Assembly (NCBI GenBank): GCA_039815375.1
Contig: JBCBZJ010000016.1
Location: 1 to 64,000 of the forward strand
Reading direction: 5' to 3'
Source: Verrucomicrobiota bacterium
GTDB lineage: Bacteria > Verrucomicrobiota > Verrucomicrobiia > Opitutales > Coraliomargaritaceae
DNA length: 64,000 nucleotides
The number at the start of each line of letters is the position of its first letter. Positions within the stretch are counted from its first letter, which is position 1. The translations under genes were made by a program, and so were the position numbers. This document shows, piece after piece, positions 28,311-39,602 of this stretch. Under the pieces are notes generated by a model. That model ran no database searches. It saw nothing but the letters and a program-made list of their open reading frames with translations, and was not told where the DNA came from.

Positions 28311-28997
28311 TTGATGAAAGCCCGCAATCAATCCGGAAAGATTATTTTCACCGTCGTCGTTATCGCAGCGCTTATTACCGCCTCGATACTCGGGATTTCA
28401 TTCTATTTTTCCAGTTCGAGTATCCACAGTTTGCTGACCGAAAATCACAAGCTTAACAAAGCGATTCGCAATCTTACCGCCGAGCAGCAGATCGGCTACG
28501 CAAGCTTGGTCTCACAATCGAACGACGGTCTTGGAAATGTCCAGAGTCTGGTCAAGTTCGTGCAAACTGCCCCAGAGAATCCAGACGAAATCGTGTCCGA
28601 ACAGCTTTTTCCGATCAATGGCAATATCGTCCATTTTGATGCACTGATCGTAAAATTCAGCAGTCAGTATGTTCAGGACGGTAAAGGTCGCGCGCTTTAC
28701 CTCTGGCGAAGAATTTACGGAGAAAATACCGCACCAGGAGACGGAATGCTGATTGAAGCGCCGGGCGAGAGGCCGGAACGTTACAGTGCCATCACCAAAT
28801 CACTCCGACTGAAGAACCAGCTCGTTTTCTGGGATGCCATATGGGGCCTTGCGAACAATCCCAAACAGCTGAGCGAATACGGGGTGAGTGCGGTCTATGG
28901 AAACGCGATCTATACGAAGATGGAGCCCGGCAAAGTCTACGTCTTCAAAATCAGTGCTACCGGACAGATCTATCCGGAACTGGTCTATTTCGAATAG
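28311..28997 (+). CDS. Hypothetical membrane-anchored protein
   Basis: 228-aa ORF with N-terminal TM helix and short coiled coil. Confidence 0.75.
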   Translation: MMKARNQSGKIIFTVVVIAALITASILGISFYFSSSSIHSLLTENHKLNKAIRNLTAEQQIGYASLVSQSNDGLGNVQSLVKFVQTAPENPDEIVSEQLFPINGNIVHFDALIVKFSSQYVQDGKGRALYLWRRIYGENTAPGDGMLIEAPGERPERYSAITKSLRLKNQLVFWDAIWGLANNPKQLSEYGVSAVYGNAIYTKMEPGKVYVFKISATGQIYPELVYFE

Positions 28998-28999
28998 CT

Positions 29000-29551
29000 T
29001 TACTGCGGCGGAGCCACCGGCCGTATGTTGCCGCCAAAGATACGCTTGTAGATTTCGTTCTCAGGCTGTCGGAGCTCGGCAATTGTAAAGCCCTTCCCTT
29101 TGACGTAGTAAGGTCCGTACCGGTAACTGGCTGCCAAAAGAGGATAGCTAAAGGAATCATGACTTTCCAAAAAATCGCGGCAGAAGGCCAAATAATCGAC
29201 ACCAACGCGAATGTTCGTTTTCCAATTCCATGCATGACGGTAGGACTCATCGGAGACTTCGCGCCATGCTGACTTCGTCAACTGCATCATACCGCGAGCC
29301 ACTGAGCTACGCGCCTTTGCATCCAAACTACTCTCCGCCCAGGCGAGTGCATAAACAAACTCAGGATCAATACCTTGTTCCGGTGCAACTTCATTGATGT
29401 AGTTCCAGACTTTAACCGGTGAGACCTGTTCCGAGTCGGAGCCAAGGGTCTTCGTCAAAATAAGAGCCAACAAGCCTGCTGCCAGTCCGAGCACTATGGC
29501 GAGACGTATCAATAAACGCTCATCGCGGCGATAACGCTGGTCAATCGGCAT
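29000..29551 (-). CDS. SLT-family lytic transglycosylase
   Basis: AESS, ARGMMQL, NIRVGVDYL, ASYRYG. Confidence 0.85.
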   Translation of the reverse strand: MPIDQRYRRDERLLIRLAIVLGLAAGLLALILTKTLGSDSEQVSPVKVWNYINEVAPEQGIDPEFVYALAWAESSLDAKARSSVARGMMQLTKSAWREVSDESYRHAWNWKTNIRVGVDYLAFCRDFLESHDSFSYPLLAASYRYGPYYVKGKGFTIAELRQPENEIYKRIFGGNIRPVAPPQ

Positions 29552-29607
29552 ATTTCCAAGCTTTTCGAAAAGACGAGAGCTGACAACCCAAAGGAATAAT
29601 AAATGTG

Positions 29608-30456
29608 TTACACTTCCTTAAAGCGACGGCCTTCGAGCACACTTTTCTTTTCCTCTTCAGAAGCCGCCTTCAGAGTTCTCATCCCAGGCCGGAAACGTAT
29701 CACGGTATTAAAGGCTTCCGGTAATTCGGACTTTGCATGAAAGGTGCGCACTTTTCCTTTGAAGGAGTAGTTCACTTTGGTCTCTCCCGAGTGAAGCATC
29801 ATGCGTTTCTCTCCAGTTTCCATCGTAACTTCCTTGTTGAAGCTAAAACTACCGTAGGTGCGGTCTCCCACAATCGGATGCCCATGTTTCTTGCACTGAA
29901 CGCGAAGCTGGTGGGTCCGCCCTGTAATCGGCATGAGTTTAACGAGCGAAACAGGAAAACCACCAGTTGGCTTAGCTATGCACTGGAAAGTCGTCTTTGC
30001 TTCAATCTTACGCCCTCCTTTTATAACACGCCTACCGTTGACCAGATCTTTACTGATCATATCGGACCAACTACCCGTCTTATTCTTGAGATGATGGCGG
30101 ACAAGCGCGTAGTAGGTCTTTTGAACCCGATGGGTTGCAAACATGATCTTGATTTCGGCTGTGATCTCCGGGTTCAGACCAATGAGAATCAGTCCGGAAG
30201 TCGGAGAATCGAGCCGATTGATAAGCCAGACCTTCTGTTCATTGCCCTGATCATCTTCCCAAAAATAAAATTCACCCTCATAGTCGTAACTTACAGTCAA
30301 CAAGGAGCGTTTAATGTCATCGCTCTTGTTCGGATGAGACATGATGTTATCAGGCTTTTCTAAAGCAACTAAGCCATCGTCATTCGAAGCAACGACGTGA
30401 ACGTCACGATTTAAAGGAAGGTCTTTAATTTTCGTATTTTGAGGCAAAGTCATCAT
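29608..30456 (-). CDS. RluA-family RNA pseudouridine synthase
   Basis: NRLDSPTSG, TGRTHQLRV, HPIVGD, LH. Confidence 0.92.
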   Translation of the reverse strand: MMTLPQNTKIKDLPLNRDVHVVASNDDGLVALEKPDNIMSHPNKSDDIKRSLLTVSYDYEGEFYFWEDDQGNEQKVWLINRLDSPTSGLILIGLNPEITAEIKIMFATHRVQKTYYALVRHHLKNKTGSWSDMISKDLVNGRRVIKGGRKIEAKTTFQCIAKPTGGFPVSLVKLMPITGRTHQLRVQCKKHGHPIVGDRTYGSFSFNKEVTMETGEKRMMLHSGETKVNYSFKGKVRTFHAKSELPEAFNTVIRFRPGMRTLKAASEEEKKSVLEGRRFKEV

Positions 30457-30502
30457 GCAAGGAAAGTGTCGAAAGACTGCACGAAAAGCACAATCTCAAT
30501 TC

Positions 30503-31600
30503 TCAGAGGTAGTTGAAAACAACATTCATCCAACGTTCCTCGCCGAAAACCTGAACCATTTCCTCAGTCCATGGCCGAAAGGGCGAACGCTTCGAAATAG
30601 CAGTCACACAGATCACTGTCGCAATTTCTCCGGCCGTGGTTTTCACGGCTTCGACATTGTCAACCGTGCCATCTGCCTTCATTCTAAAACGCACATAGAC
30701 TCGAGTCGATGTGTCGATTGGTTGGAAAAATTCAATCTCCTGATACCAGCCAATCTGCACTGCAGCATAGAATTGCTGTTCATATTCGCCGAACTCACTG
30801 AAGGTCGCATCAATCGCGATTGCACCACGACGGTTTGCAGAACCCTGTGACTTCATCAGCGGCCCGGTAATCAGCTCGGGTGCCAATCGTGGACGCGCCC
30901 TGGGCGTCGGCCGAGCCTCGACGGCTCCGCCAGCACCATCACCAGTCTGAACCTCAGGTTGAACCAGTTCAGGTGGTCGGTAAACGTTGATCGGCGCATC
31001 GGGAACGGGTTGCTCAAAAACCTCGGGCGCATCGGCAGTCAATTCCAACCGACTACCGGGCCCCTCTTCAGCTACTGGCTTTTGCTGGATAAAATTGGGA
31101 GCCGGCAAGGGTTGCACAGGGCTCACAGCAGCCAGCGCTCGAGCCCCCAGTTTGCCACCTTCGGTGCCCTGGCCTTCACCGGGCTTCGCAGCCGGTGAAT
31201 ACAAACCAGGCGGAACCGGAGGAACCTGCTCGGGCTGACCCTGCACAATTTTCTGCGATTCTCTCTCTCCATCTACCGAAGGCGTATTCGAAGCATCGCT
31301 GAGGGGATTCTCATCAGCAGCTTGTTGCGCTCGGAAAGAATATTGATCTTTGCGGTCAGGTTCGTTCTTGGGAACTTCCGGGTTGGCTTCGACAAACCGC
31401 AGCTCCTGAGGCTCAACCAGAGCTATTTCATAGATTACCGCCTCTTCATCCTTTACTTCGTGATGTGCAGGCATGACTCGGTCCGGCAAGAGCAACAGAA
31501 CAGCCAGATGCACCAATACAGTAATCGAAAAAGCAGCCCAAACTGTCTTCCAGCGGCCAGAGCGGAATTCATCAAAAGGATGCGTCAGTGCGGTCTGCAT
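30503..31600 (-). CDS. TonB/TolA-like protein (TM anchor, Pro-rich linker, TonB C-terminal-like domain)
   Basis: SITVLVH helix (S-x-H spacing like TonB), Pro-rich middle, VRFRMKADGTV...SPFRPW. Confidence 0.7.
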   Translation of the reverse strand: MQTALTHPFDEFRSGRWKTVWAAFSITVLVHLAVLLLLPDRVMPAHHEVKDEEAVIYEIALVEPQELRFVEANPEVPKNEPDRKDQYSFRAQQAADENPLSDASNTPSVDGERESQKIVQGQPEQVPPVPPGLYSPAAKPGEGQGTEGGKLGARALAAVSPVQPLPAPNFIQQKPVAEEGPGSRLELTADAPEVFEQPVPDAPINVYRPPELVQPEVQTGDGAGGAVEARPTPRARPRLAPELITGPLMKSQGSANRRGAIAIDATFSEFGEYEQQFYAAVQIGWYQEIEFFQPIDTSTRVYVRFRMKADGTVDNVEAVKTTAGEIATVICVTAISKRSPFRPWTEEMVQVFGEERWMNVVFNYL

Positions 31601-31633
31601 GTAAAATAACTTCGTTGAAGCAATATTCAGGCA

Positions 31634-32224
31634 TTAGACATTAAAATCAAAATCATGTTCAGCAAACCTGCGCTTCAGGGCCTGGATTGGCAGCCCCATC
31701 ACATTCTCGACAGAACCCTCGACCGACTCGATGATCCAGCTACGGGCCTGTTGAATGCCATAGGCTCCTGCCTTATCAAGCGGGTTGACCTGCTCGAAAT
31801 AGCGCTCAATTAGAGCATCATCCAAGACCTTGAAACGGACTTCACTATTTTCGACAAACAAATCCTTCAGGCTGCCCTCTTCCCAAAAAAGCGCAACACC
31901 GGTATACACTGTATGACTGCGTCCAGATAGGCGTTTCAGCATAGTGCGAGCTTCATCCATATCCACCGGCTTGTTCAAAACTTCATCGCCGAGTGCAACC
32001 GTTGTATCCGAACCAAGCACTAGAGAGTTCTGCCGCACGGGGCTCAAAGCAGAGGCCTTAAGTGCTGCATTTGCAGCCACCATCTCAGCCGGACCATTCC
32101 GAGGATCATTGTCTTCCTCTACATCGACAGGGCAGATCTCAAATCGTAGCCCCATTCGCTGGAGCAGTTCGCTCCGTCGTGGCGAGGCTGATGCTAGAAT
32201 CAAATTATCAGGACAGCGCGGCAT
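31634..32224 (-). CDS. maf: Maf-family nucleotide pyrophosphatase
   Basis: [28 protein letters not shown]. Confidence 0.92.
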   Translation of the reverse strand: MPRCPDNLILASASPRRSELLQRMGLRFEICPVDVEEDNDPRNGPAEMVAANAALKASALSPVRQNSLVLGSDTTVALGDEVLNKPVDMDEARTMLKRLSGRSHTVYTGVALFWEEGSLKDLFVENSEVRFKVLDDALIERYFEQVNPLDKAGAYGIQQARSWIIESVEGSVENVMGLPIQALKRRFAEHDFDFNV

Positions 32225-32225
32225 C

Positions 32226-33581
32226 TTACTCGAGGACGCGCTCGACGGAGCCAACCGACCTCGCAAAAGCAAGACGACTCAATCCATAGAGATAAATAGC
32301 CCGAAGGTGACTGCGCTCAGCATCAGCCAGGCGCTGCTGCGCATCAATCAACTCAGTGTTGTCAGCCAAACCTTCCTTGTAACGTTCTCTGGCCTGCTCT
32401 ACCTCCTCCATACCCAGTCGAAGTTCATCACGAGCAAATTCGATCTGCGTGTAACGCGATTCCATATCCAACATAGCAAACTTAAATTCGCGCTCGATCC
32501 GAATCTGGAGTTGACGCATCGCATATTGGTTCTGTCGCACAGCTTGACTAGCCTCGCGCTTCTCTGCCTCGATCCGGTTGCCCTCCCAAATCGGCATGCT
32601 TGCCTCAATCCCTACGACCCAAGCTTCACCTTCATTACCGTCAAAGATCTTATTGCTATCGTAGCCCCATTCGCCGAACAGACTGATGTTGGGCAAACGC
32701 TGCCAGCCCGCAGCTTTTTTAGCCAGAATCGCTTGGTCCAGAAGCTTCAGCTGACTCTGAAATTCCGGTCGCATTTCAGTCAAGTCCACCATTTCACCAT
32801 AGCGCTTCAAGGCAGGCGGCGATTTGATTCCGTCGACGAGGGAACGGTCCAGCAGGAGGTCGAGATCGAGGTCGAGATCGAGCAAAGCCTTTAGCTGAAG
32901 AATCGAATTATCCGCGTTGGTTATCGCCTCCATCAAATCGCGTTTGACTGTAGCTAGACGAACATCCGCACGCGTCACATCGATCTTTACAGTGGCTCCC
33001 GCCTCGAACTGCTGCTTCGCCAATTTAAGAAGCTCTTCCTCCCGGGCTCGATTTCCTTCAAAAATCTCAACCTGCCTGAGGTCTCGCAAATGAGTAAAAT
33101 AAATGAGAATCGCCTGATCCAAGACATCCTGAAGAGCCACCTCGTAATCGAACTGCTGTATCGCGTAGGAAAGTTTGGCGAGTTTCCAATCCGCGAACCG
33201 TTGCGAATCAATCAAACTAATACTGCCTTCGACCCGAGCACCGAATGAATTAAAGATCACGGAACTTGGAAGTGCACCGGAGAAAAAGTCGGTTGAGAAT
33301 TTACTGCGTGTCTGCCGTGCACTTAATCCAAATTGCGGGAGCAGGGCCGCACGCTGCTGATAACTTTGCTCCAAAGCACGGCGAACCGATTCCTTCTGTA
33401 TCAGAAGTTCCAGATTCTGGGACTTCACTCGATCGATGACGTCCGGGACTGTCATGTAGAGTGGCTCCTCATTGCTGGAAACATCACCATTCCCCAGTGG
33501 AGCTTCCGAGACCACCTCAGCGATGGACCAACCGATACCGACAAAAAGGAACAGACTGAAAATCTTGAAAACTCGTGTCAT
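32226..33581 (-). CDS. TolC-family outer membrane protein
   Basis: Two repeats with LLPQ/RLPN, helical hairpins, MPIWEG, YKEG; signal peptide. Confidence 0.88.
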   Translation of the reverse strand: MTRVFKIFSLFLFVGIGWSIAEVVSEAPLGNGDVSSNEEPLYMTVPDVIDRVKSQNLELLIQKESVRRALEQSYQQRAALLPQFGLSARQTRSKFSTDFFSGALPSSVIFNSFGARVEGSISLIDSQRFADWKLAKLSYAIQQFDYEVALQDVLDQAILIYFTHLRDLRQVEIFEGNRAREEELLKLAKQQFEAGATVKIDVTRADVRLATVKRDLMEAITNADNSILQLKALLDLDLDLDLLLDRSLVDGIKSPPALKRYGEMVDLTEMRPEFQSQLKLLDQAILAKKAAGWQRLPNISLFGEWGYDSNKIFDGNEGEAWVVGIEASMPIWEGNRIEAEKREASQAVRQNQYAMRQLQIRIEREFKFAMLDMESRYTQIEFARDELRLGMEEVEQARERYKEGLADNTELIDAQQRLADAERSHLRAIYLYGLSRLAFARSVGSVERVLE

Positions 33582-33681
33582 CGCAAAATAGTGGACATGT
33601 CGTAAGGTCAAAGGCAGCACTATCATCATTCTCGCCTAGACCTTTGCAAGTCGCCAATTCAAACAATTGTTTAATTTTTTC

Positions 33682-35331
33682 ATGAACATCGGTATTGCCC
33701 AGATAAACACCACAGTTGGTGACCTCTCCGGCAATAGAGAGTTGATCCTAAAGGCTTATCGGCAACTTACAGAGGAAGGTGCTGAGCTCGTGCTTTTCCC
33801 TGAACTGGCCGTCTGCGGTTACCCTCCGCGGGACCTACTCTTCAAGAGCCGGTTCGTCGAGGACACGGAAGCAACGCTTCGGGAAATCGCAGCCACGACG
33901 ACCGCAGTGCCCGCGGTAATCGGCTTCGTCGAATCGCGCAAGTTTGCCGACAAAGGTCGACCCTTCTACAACTCCGCTGCCTGGTGCGCCGAGGGCCAAA
34001 TCCAGCATATTGCTCGAAAGTCTCTCCTCCCGAATTATGACGTTTTCGACGAAGAGCGCTACTTCGAGCCGGCCAAAGGTCCAAGCGTGATCGAATGGGA
34101 GGGCAAAAAGGTCGGCATTACGATCTGCGAAGATATCTGGAACCATGAATCCATCCCCACCAGCCGCCGCTACTGCGACGACCCTGTTGCAGAACTCGCC
34201 GAGCAGAACATCGACTTGATGCTGAATTTGTCTGCCAGCCCATGGCACCAGGGTAAGAACGAAGCGCGCGAACCTCTTGTTCAGAATGCAGCCAAACGCT
34301 GTAAATGTGCTGCCGTTTATTGCAATGCGGTCGGTGGCAATGATGAACTCATCTTCGATGGCGGTAGCCTCGCGGTCGATCCCGAGCGTGGACTACTCGC
34401 AGGCCTTGCTGCCTTTAGAGAGGAGAACCAAGTCATCCATCTGGAAGACGGCCCGGCCTATTTTTCAGAGTATTTCAACCTAAAGGGGAATGCCGCTACT
34501 CAGGCAGCACTTGTTACCGGCCTCCACGACTATGCCAAAAAAAGCGGCTTCTCCAAAGCGCTGATCGGGCTTTCAGGTGGAATTGACTCAGCCGTTGTTT
34601 GCGCCTTAGCCGCAGAAGCTTTCGGATCCGAAAATGTTATCGGGATCGCCCTGCCCTCGGCAATTTCGAGTCAACATAGCCGTGACGACGCGGCCGCACT
34701 CGCCAAGAATCTCGGTATCGAATACCATGAAGTTGCAATTGCAGATACCGTGGCATCAGCCGAATCTGCGCTGGCTCCAATCTTTGGAGACCGGGAAAAA
34801 GATGTCACAGAAGAAAATATTCAGGCCCGCTCACGCGGACTCCTGCTCATGGCGATGTCGAACAAGTTTGGTGCGCTGCTGCTGACTACCGGCAACAAAA
34901 GCGAGATTTCTGTCGGCTACTGCACTCTATATGGAGACATGTGCGGCGGTTTGGCTGTGATCTCCGACTTGCCAAAAATGAAAGTTTACGCCCTCGCCCG
35001 TCATATCAACTCAGATGCCGGCAAGGAGCTGATACCGGTCAATACAATTGAAAAAGCGCCGTCCGCTGAGCTCCGCCCTGACCAAAAGGACGAAGACTCT
35101 CTTCCGCCCTATCCCGTGCTTGACGGCATCCTCCGCCTATATGTGGAAGAGGGCCTCTCCCGTGCAGAGATCGTCGAAAAAGGCTACGCAAACGGAATCG
35201 TCGACGATATTGTGCGTAAGGTCGACCTGAACGAATATAAACGCAAACAAGCCGCACCTGGTCTTAAAACAACACCGCTCGCTTTCGGCGTCGGCCGCCG
35301 CATTCCTATCGTCCAAAAATACATCAGTTAG
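33682..35331 (+). CDS. nadE: Glutamine-dependent NAD+ synthetase
   Basis: Nitrilase domain (FPEL, YDVFDE, ICED) plus [21 protein letters not shown]. Confidence 0.96.
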   Translation: MNIGIAQINTTVGDLSGNRELILKAYRQLTEEGAELVLFPELAVCGYPPRDLLFKSRFVEDTEATLREIAATTTAVPAVIGFVESRKFADKGRPFYNSAAWCAEGQIQHIARKSLLPNYDVFDEERYFEPAKGPSVIEWEGKKVGITICEDIWNHESIPTSRRYCDDPVAELAEQNIDLMLNLSASPWHQGKNEAREPLVQNAAKRCKCAAVYCNAVGGNDELIFDGGSLAVDPERGLLAGLAAFREENQVIHLEDGPAYFSEYFNLKGNAATQAALVTGLHDYAKKSGFSKALIGLSGGIDSAVVCALAAEAFGSENVIGIALPSAISSQHSRDDAAALAKNLGIEYHEVAIADTVASAESALAPIFGDREKDVTEENIQARSRGLLLMAMSNKFGALLLTTGNKSEISVGYCTLYGDMCGGLAVISDLPKMKVYALARHINSDAGKELIPVNTIEKAPSAELRPDQKDEDSLPPYPVLDGILRLYVEEGLSRAEIVEKGYANGIVDDIVRKVDLNEYKRKQAAPGLKTTPLAFGVGRRIPIVQKYIS

Positions 35332-35402
35332 AATTAACAGATTTCGCAGATTTTCAGGATTCATTTTGTTCAAAGTAATCTGTGTCGTCTGCAGGTAAAA
35401 AT

Positions 35403-36680
35403 ATGAAGTCCTCTACCGACCTTTTCCAACGCGCGCAGCAGCTCATCCCTGGTGGCGTCAATTCCCCCGTTCGAGCCTTCCGATCCGTCGGCGGTGCGCC
35501 ATTCTTTACACGGTCTGCTCAGGGGGCAACTCTGACAACCAGCGACGGCAAAGAGCTAATCGACTTCGTCTGCACCTGGGGGCCGGCCGTTCACGGGCAC
35601 AACGATCCGGATATCCGTGCCGCTGTAGCCGCAGCACTCGACAATGGGACCAGCTTTGGCACTCCGAATCCTTACGAAGTCGAAATGGCCGAGCTCATCA
35701 TTGAATTGGTTCCATCTGTCGAAAAAGTCCGTCTCTGTAACTCCGGGACCGAAGCTACGATGTCAGCGATTCGCCTCGCTCGTGGCTACACTGGTCGCAA
35801 CAAGATCATAAAGTTTGCAGGCTGTTATCACGGCCACGTCGATTCGCTTCTCGTCAAGGCCGGATCCGGAGCACTTACCCTCGGCAACCCGGACAGTGCA
35901 GGTATACCCGCCGGATTTGCAGCCGAAACCCTCGTCCTCGATTACAATGATACGGAGGCCATCAGGAAATGCTTCCTCGAGCACGGTTCTGAAATCGCAG
36001 CGATCATCGTCGAGCCTTATCCTGCCAACTGCGGGCTAATTTTGCCAGATGAAGGTTACTTGGAATACCTTCGCGACTTATCTACCGAGAATGGCAGCGT
36101 GCTGATCTTCGACGAGGTCATGACCGGGTTTCGGCTGGCGGCCGGTGGTGTTCAGGAACGGGTCGGCATCACCCCGGATCTAACTGCGATGGGCAAAATC
36201 ATCGGTGGCGGCCTACCCGTCGGTGCCTTCGGCGGCAAAGCCGACATCATGGACCACCTCGCACCACTTGGTCCGGTCTATCAAGCCGGCACACTAAGCG
36301 GCAACCCTCTCGCCATGGCCGCAGGAATTGCAGCCCTTAAAAAACTAAAAGAACTGAATCCATATCCACTCTTTGAAAAACTCGGTGCGCAAATCCGGGA
36401 TGCACTAGTCGAAGCCGCAACCGCAAAGGGCCTACCGCTACAGGTTCCACAGGTCGGATCCATGTTTGCCCTCTTTTTCAGTGAGACTCCCGTCCGCAAC
36501 TACGAAGATGCCACCAGCAGCGCGATAGAGCATTTCAATACCGTTTTCCACTATGCCCTCGAGCACGGTGTCTACCTGCCACCTTCGGCCTACGAAACAT
36601 GCTTCCTCTGCACCGCGCACAATGGCGCTGCGATCGAAAAGGCAGCAACAATCTTAACCGACGGTATTAAGAGTATCTGA
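35403..36680 (+). CDS. hemL: Glutamate-1-semialdehyde 2,1-aminomutase
   Basis: [45 protein letters not shown]. Confidence 0.97.
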   Translation: MKSSTDLFQRAQQLIPGGVNSPVRAFRSVGGAPFFTRSAQGATLTTSDGKELIDFVCTWGPAVHGHNDPDIRAAVAAALDNGTSFGTPNPYEVEMAELIIELVPSVEKVRLCNSGTEATMSAIRLARGYTGRNKIIKFAGCYHGHVDSLLVKAGSGALTLGNPDSAGIPAGFAAETLVLDYNDTEAIRKCFLEHGSEIAAIIVEPYPANCGLILPDEGYLEYLRDLSTENGSVLIFDEVMTGFRLAAGGVQERVGITPDLTAMGKIIGGGLPVGAFGGKADIMDHLAPLGPVYQAGTLSGNPLAMAAGIAALKKLKELNPYPLFEKLGAQIRDALVEAATAKGLPLQVPQVGSMFALFFSETPVRNYEDATSSAIEHFNTVFHYALEHGVYLPPSAYETCFLCTAHNGAAIEKAATILTDGIKSI

Positions 36681-36686
36681 TTACAA

Positions 36687-37814
36687 TCACCAAGGCGTGA
36701 TCCGTCTCAACCAACGCGGAGGCTGCTCATAGGTCGGCACCGGACGATCTTCGGTCGGCATTTTCACATCAGGGTGCTTCAGCCAGACAGGCTCGATACG
36801 GATCTTACTTCGTTCGAATTCACCCAATCCCAGACTCGCGGCAAAAGGAAGTTGGCGTGGCATCGGGTCGATTTCGGGGAAACCTTCCAGTCGACGCAAA
36901 GTATTGATCCGGTCATAAAGCAAACGATCCAGCGCCACCGGATCGCTGCTCATCCAAAGCCGCGGCTCGGATCGAGTGTAAATCGCGTTGAAAAACGGGC
37001 CACCGATAAACTGATACGCTTCTAATGAGACGAAATTGAGAACGAGCCGTTCAGCTAACTCTGGTATCGCAGCAATCTCTGCGACAGCTGCCGATGCGGT
37101 GGCCTGATTAACTAGAAAACGACGGCTGTTGCTTACATTCCAGAGCGTTGCATTAGCCAAAGCTCCATCAATGCCGAGCGCTGGATCGTCGACACCAACT
37201 GCAAGATTGAGCCAAAAATCGACTTCAAAGAGAAGAGGCTCAGGCAAATAGCTTTTACGCTCCTCCATCCCCTCGCTCAATGAGTTGCGACGCCCCCCGT
37301 CAATCAAGAGCTGAGGCTCCTGCTGAAAAGCCGGCGGCAATGGGCTATCGTAGAACCAATCGGCATCGTAAAAATTACCACTATCCAATGCCAGAACCTG
37401 AGCTCCATCGAATTGAAAGTCATTCCCACTCAATGGCGGCATGATACCGGCAGAACGGAGCTGGTGCCCCGAGTAGTCAACGATCAGAATGTTCTCCCGC
37501 TCAAAGCCACGTGCTTCGAGTGATCTGATAACCGCCCGAATTAGCGCGCGCGGCGTGGCCAGGCCCCGGCCACCGCGAGCATTCACTTTGAGCCCGACCT
37601 TACCGCGTTTTTCGGGAGCGAGCGAGTTTCCAGTCGAAGATTCATAAACGGCTAAGAGTGCTTCAACCTCGGTGTAGTAGTCCGTCTGAGGTGCGAGATT
37701 TGCCTCCCAAACAAGTCCAAGTGGTCCACGCTGTGGTAAGCTGTCCGCTAACAAGTTGGGTATTAGGATCGAAGCAAGAAGAGACAGGCAAAGTAGTCCG
37801 CGAAACCTATCCAC
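36687..37814 (-). CDS. Secreted DUF362-like protein
   Basis: KVGLKVN, MSSDPVALD and LGLG motifs; start uncertain (GTG 37814 chosen before the hydrophobic signal). Confidence 0.62.
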   Translation of the reverse strand: MDRFRGLLCLSLLASILIPNLLADSLPQRGPLGLVWEANLAPQTDYYTEVEALLAVYESSTGNSLAPEKRGKVGLKVNARGGRGLATPRALIRAVIRSLEARGFERENILIVDYSGHQLRSAGIMPPLSGNDFQFDGAQVLALDSGNFYDADWFYDSPLPPAFQQEPQLLIDGGRRNSLSEGMEERKSYLPEPLLFEVDFWLNLAVGVDDPALGIDGALANATLWNVSNSRRFLVNQATASAAVAEIAAIPELAERLVLNFVSLEAYQFIGGPFFNAIYTRSEPRLWMSSDPVALDRLLYDRINTLRRLEGFPEIDPMPRQLPFAASLGLGEFERSKIRIEPVWLKHPDVKMPTEDRPVPTYEQPPRWLRRITPW

Positions 37815-37899
37815 TTGACAGGTAAAGAGGGGCCACGAAAGTGAGAGCTTCGCCGCGCTATCGTTATCATTGTGCACTGGATGCACAAAATTCTCAGAC

Positions 37900-39540
37900 A
37901 TGTTAAACGCAACTATCAAACCATTTCTCCTGCTTTTATTGATTGCGACACTTGGCGGCCTGACAGGTTGCAGTAGCCCCGAAGAAAAGCGGGCCAAACA
38001 AATCCAGAGCGCACTTGAGCTATACCGCGAAGGCAGCCACACCGAAGCGCTTGGTATTCTGGAGGATCTGGCTATCCTATTTCCCAACGATTCGGAAATA
38101 TTATACACAATGGGGAGAATTTATGCGACCGAGGGCGACTTTAGTATGGCCGCTTTTTTCTTGGAGCAGGCCCACCTCCAGGAACCCGATAATGTCGAGC
38201 TTCTTGACCAAACCTATCAGGCACTTTTCACGGCCGGCCAACCGAGCGGAAACACTTTGGAAAAACTCCTTGCGCTCTCGCCCGACCGTATGACGAACGA
38301 ACGCTGGGTCCGGCTCGGTGAATATCGTGTTGCCAATAACCAAACCGAAGCTGCGCTCGAAGCCTACCTTAAAGGCGTCAATCCGGACGAGGCTGAGCCG
38401 TCTCCTGAAACGGCTGCAGCCATTGGGCAACTTTTTGCCAAACTTGATAATGCACCCCAGGCAGCCGATTGGTTTGAAATAGCGGCGGGCAGCAACGATC
38501 CTTCCGCTCTCACTGCTCTATTCGGCCTTTTGGAAATACAGCTTGGTCAGCAATCCTGGACTGAAGCGGAAAGAACCATCGCGCGGCTGGAAAAGCAATT
38601 TCCCGGCGCAATCGACGCCAGCGAATGGAAAGAAGCCAGCGAAGAATTGAAAGAATGGCGCAAAGCCCAGGAAGTAATGAAAGCCAAGCTTGCGGCCGCC
38701 GAGGCCGCAAAAAAGGCCGAGGAAAAGGCTGCTCAGGCAACTGTCGAAGCACCCACTGAAGCAACAGAAGTCCTGGACGAGGCGGTAGAAGGCAAATCCC
38801 AAGTCATCGCGGATTTGGAAGCCGCAGAAGCTTTGGCAAATCAACCCGCAGAAGAAACCAGTGTTAGCATGGAACTTGCAGACGCTGCAGCAATTGAAGA
38901 AGCAGCGGATAAAACCAAAGCCATCACCTTCGACCCCAGTATCGCAGTTGAGCCCGCAGAGCCGAATCAGAGCTTCTCGGTCAGCTACGATGAAGAAGCT
39001 CGCTCACCCGAGACAAGCTATGCCGTCGAAGCAAGCGCGACTGAAGATACGACCTCTCCGGTTCAACCAGTCCTCCCGACCAAGACTGTTGACGAGCTGC
39101 TTGCCGATGCTGAGACCGCGGAGATTGATCGAGACTTTAAAGGCGCAATTCGTAAATACTGGTCCGCCCTGGGTATCGAGGATGAACGGGCTGATGTCTG
39201 GAACTTACTCTCCCGGGCATACCTCGTTGATTCACAGTTGAAGAACGCTGAGACCGCCGCTCTCGAATCCGTTCGCCTCGCGCCCAATGAAGTAAGCTAC
39301 ACGCTGGACTATCTTCGCGTCGCCCAAAGATCCTTGGAGCCCAAGGATTTTCTGGCCCAGCTTGAGACCGCCTACGACCGTTTTCCCTCCAGTCCGGAAA
39401 TTACACTTTCACTAGCACGCGCCCACGAACGTATCAGCAAAGATAACTTCGTCGCTCGTAATCTCTACCTTCGCTTTATTGATATCGCTCCGAACCATCC
39501 ACTGGTGCCCGAGGCTAGAGATGCAGTTGCGCGCCTGTAA
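37900..39540 (+). CDS. TPR-repeat lipoprotein
   Basis: Lipobox LTGC; TPR-like helices at both ends with an acidic linker. Confidence 0.85.
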   Translation: MLNATIKPFLLLLLIATLGGLTGCSSPEEKRAKQIQSALELYREGSHTEALGILEDLAILFPNDSEILYTMGRIYATEGDFSMAAFFLEQAHLQEPDNVELLDQTYQALFTAGQPSGNTLEKLLALSPDRMTNERWVRLGEYRVANNQTEAALEAYLKGVNPDEAEPSPETAAAIGQLFAKLDNAPQAADWFEIAAGSNDPSALTALFGLLEIQLGQQSWTEAERTIARLEKQFPGAIDASEWKEASEELKEWRKAQEVMKAKLAAAEAAKKAEEKAAQATVEAPTEATEVLDEAVEGKSQVIADLEAAEALANQPAEETSVSMELADAAAIEEAADKTKAITFDPSIAVEPAEPNQSFSVSYDEEARSPETSYAVEASATEDTTSPVQPVLPTKTVDELLADAETAEIDRDFKGAIRKYWSALGIEDERADVWNLLSRAYLVDSQLKNAETAALESVRLAPNEVSYTLDYLRVAQRSLEPKDFLAQLETAYDRFPSSPEITLSLARAHERISKDNFVARNLYLRFIDIAPNHPLVPEARDAVARL

Positions 39541-39602
39541 CGGGATTGGGAATTGCTCAATCAGAATCTAAATTCTAACTTCCGGAGTCATACTACTTCC
39601 TC

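Noticed and set aside
31944..32894. 316-aa plus-strand ORF
   Set aside because: Antisense shadow of the maf and TolC-family genes.
36687..38108. 473-aa long version of the DUF362-like ORF
   Set aside because: The extension overlaps the divergent TPR lipoprotein gene; the signal-like segment begins near 37814.
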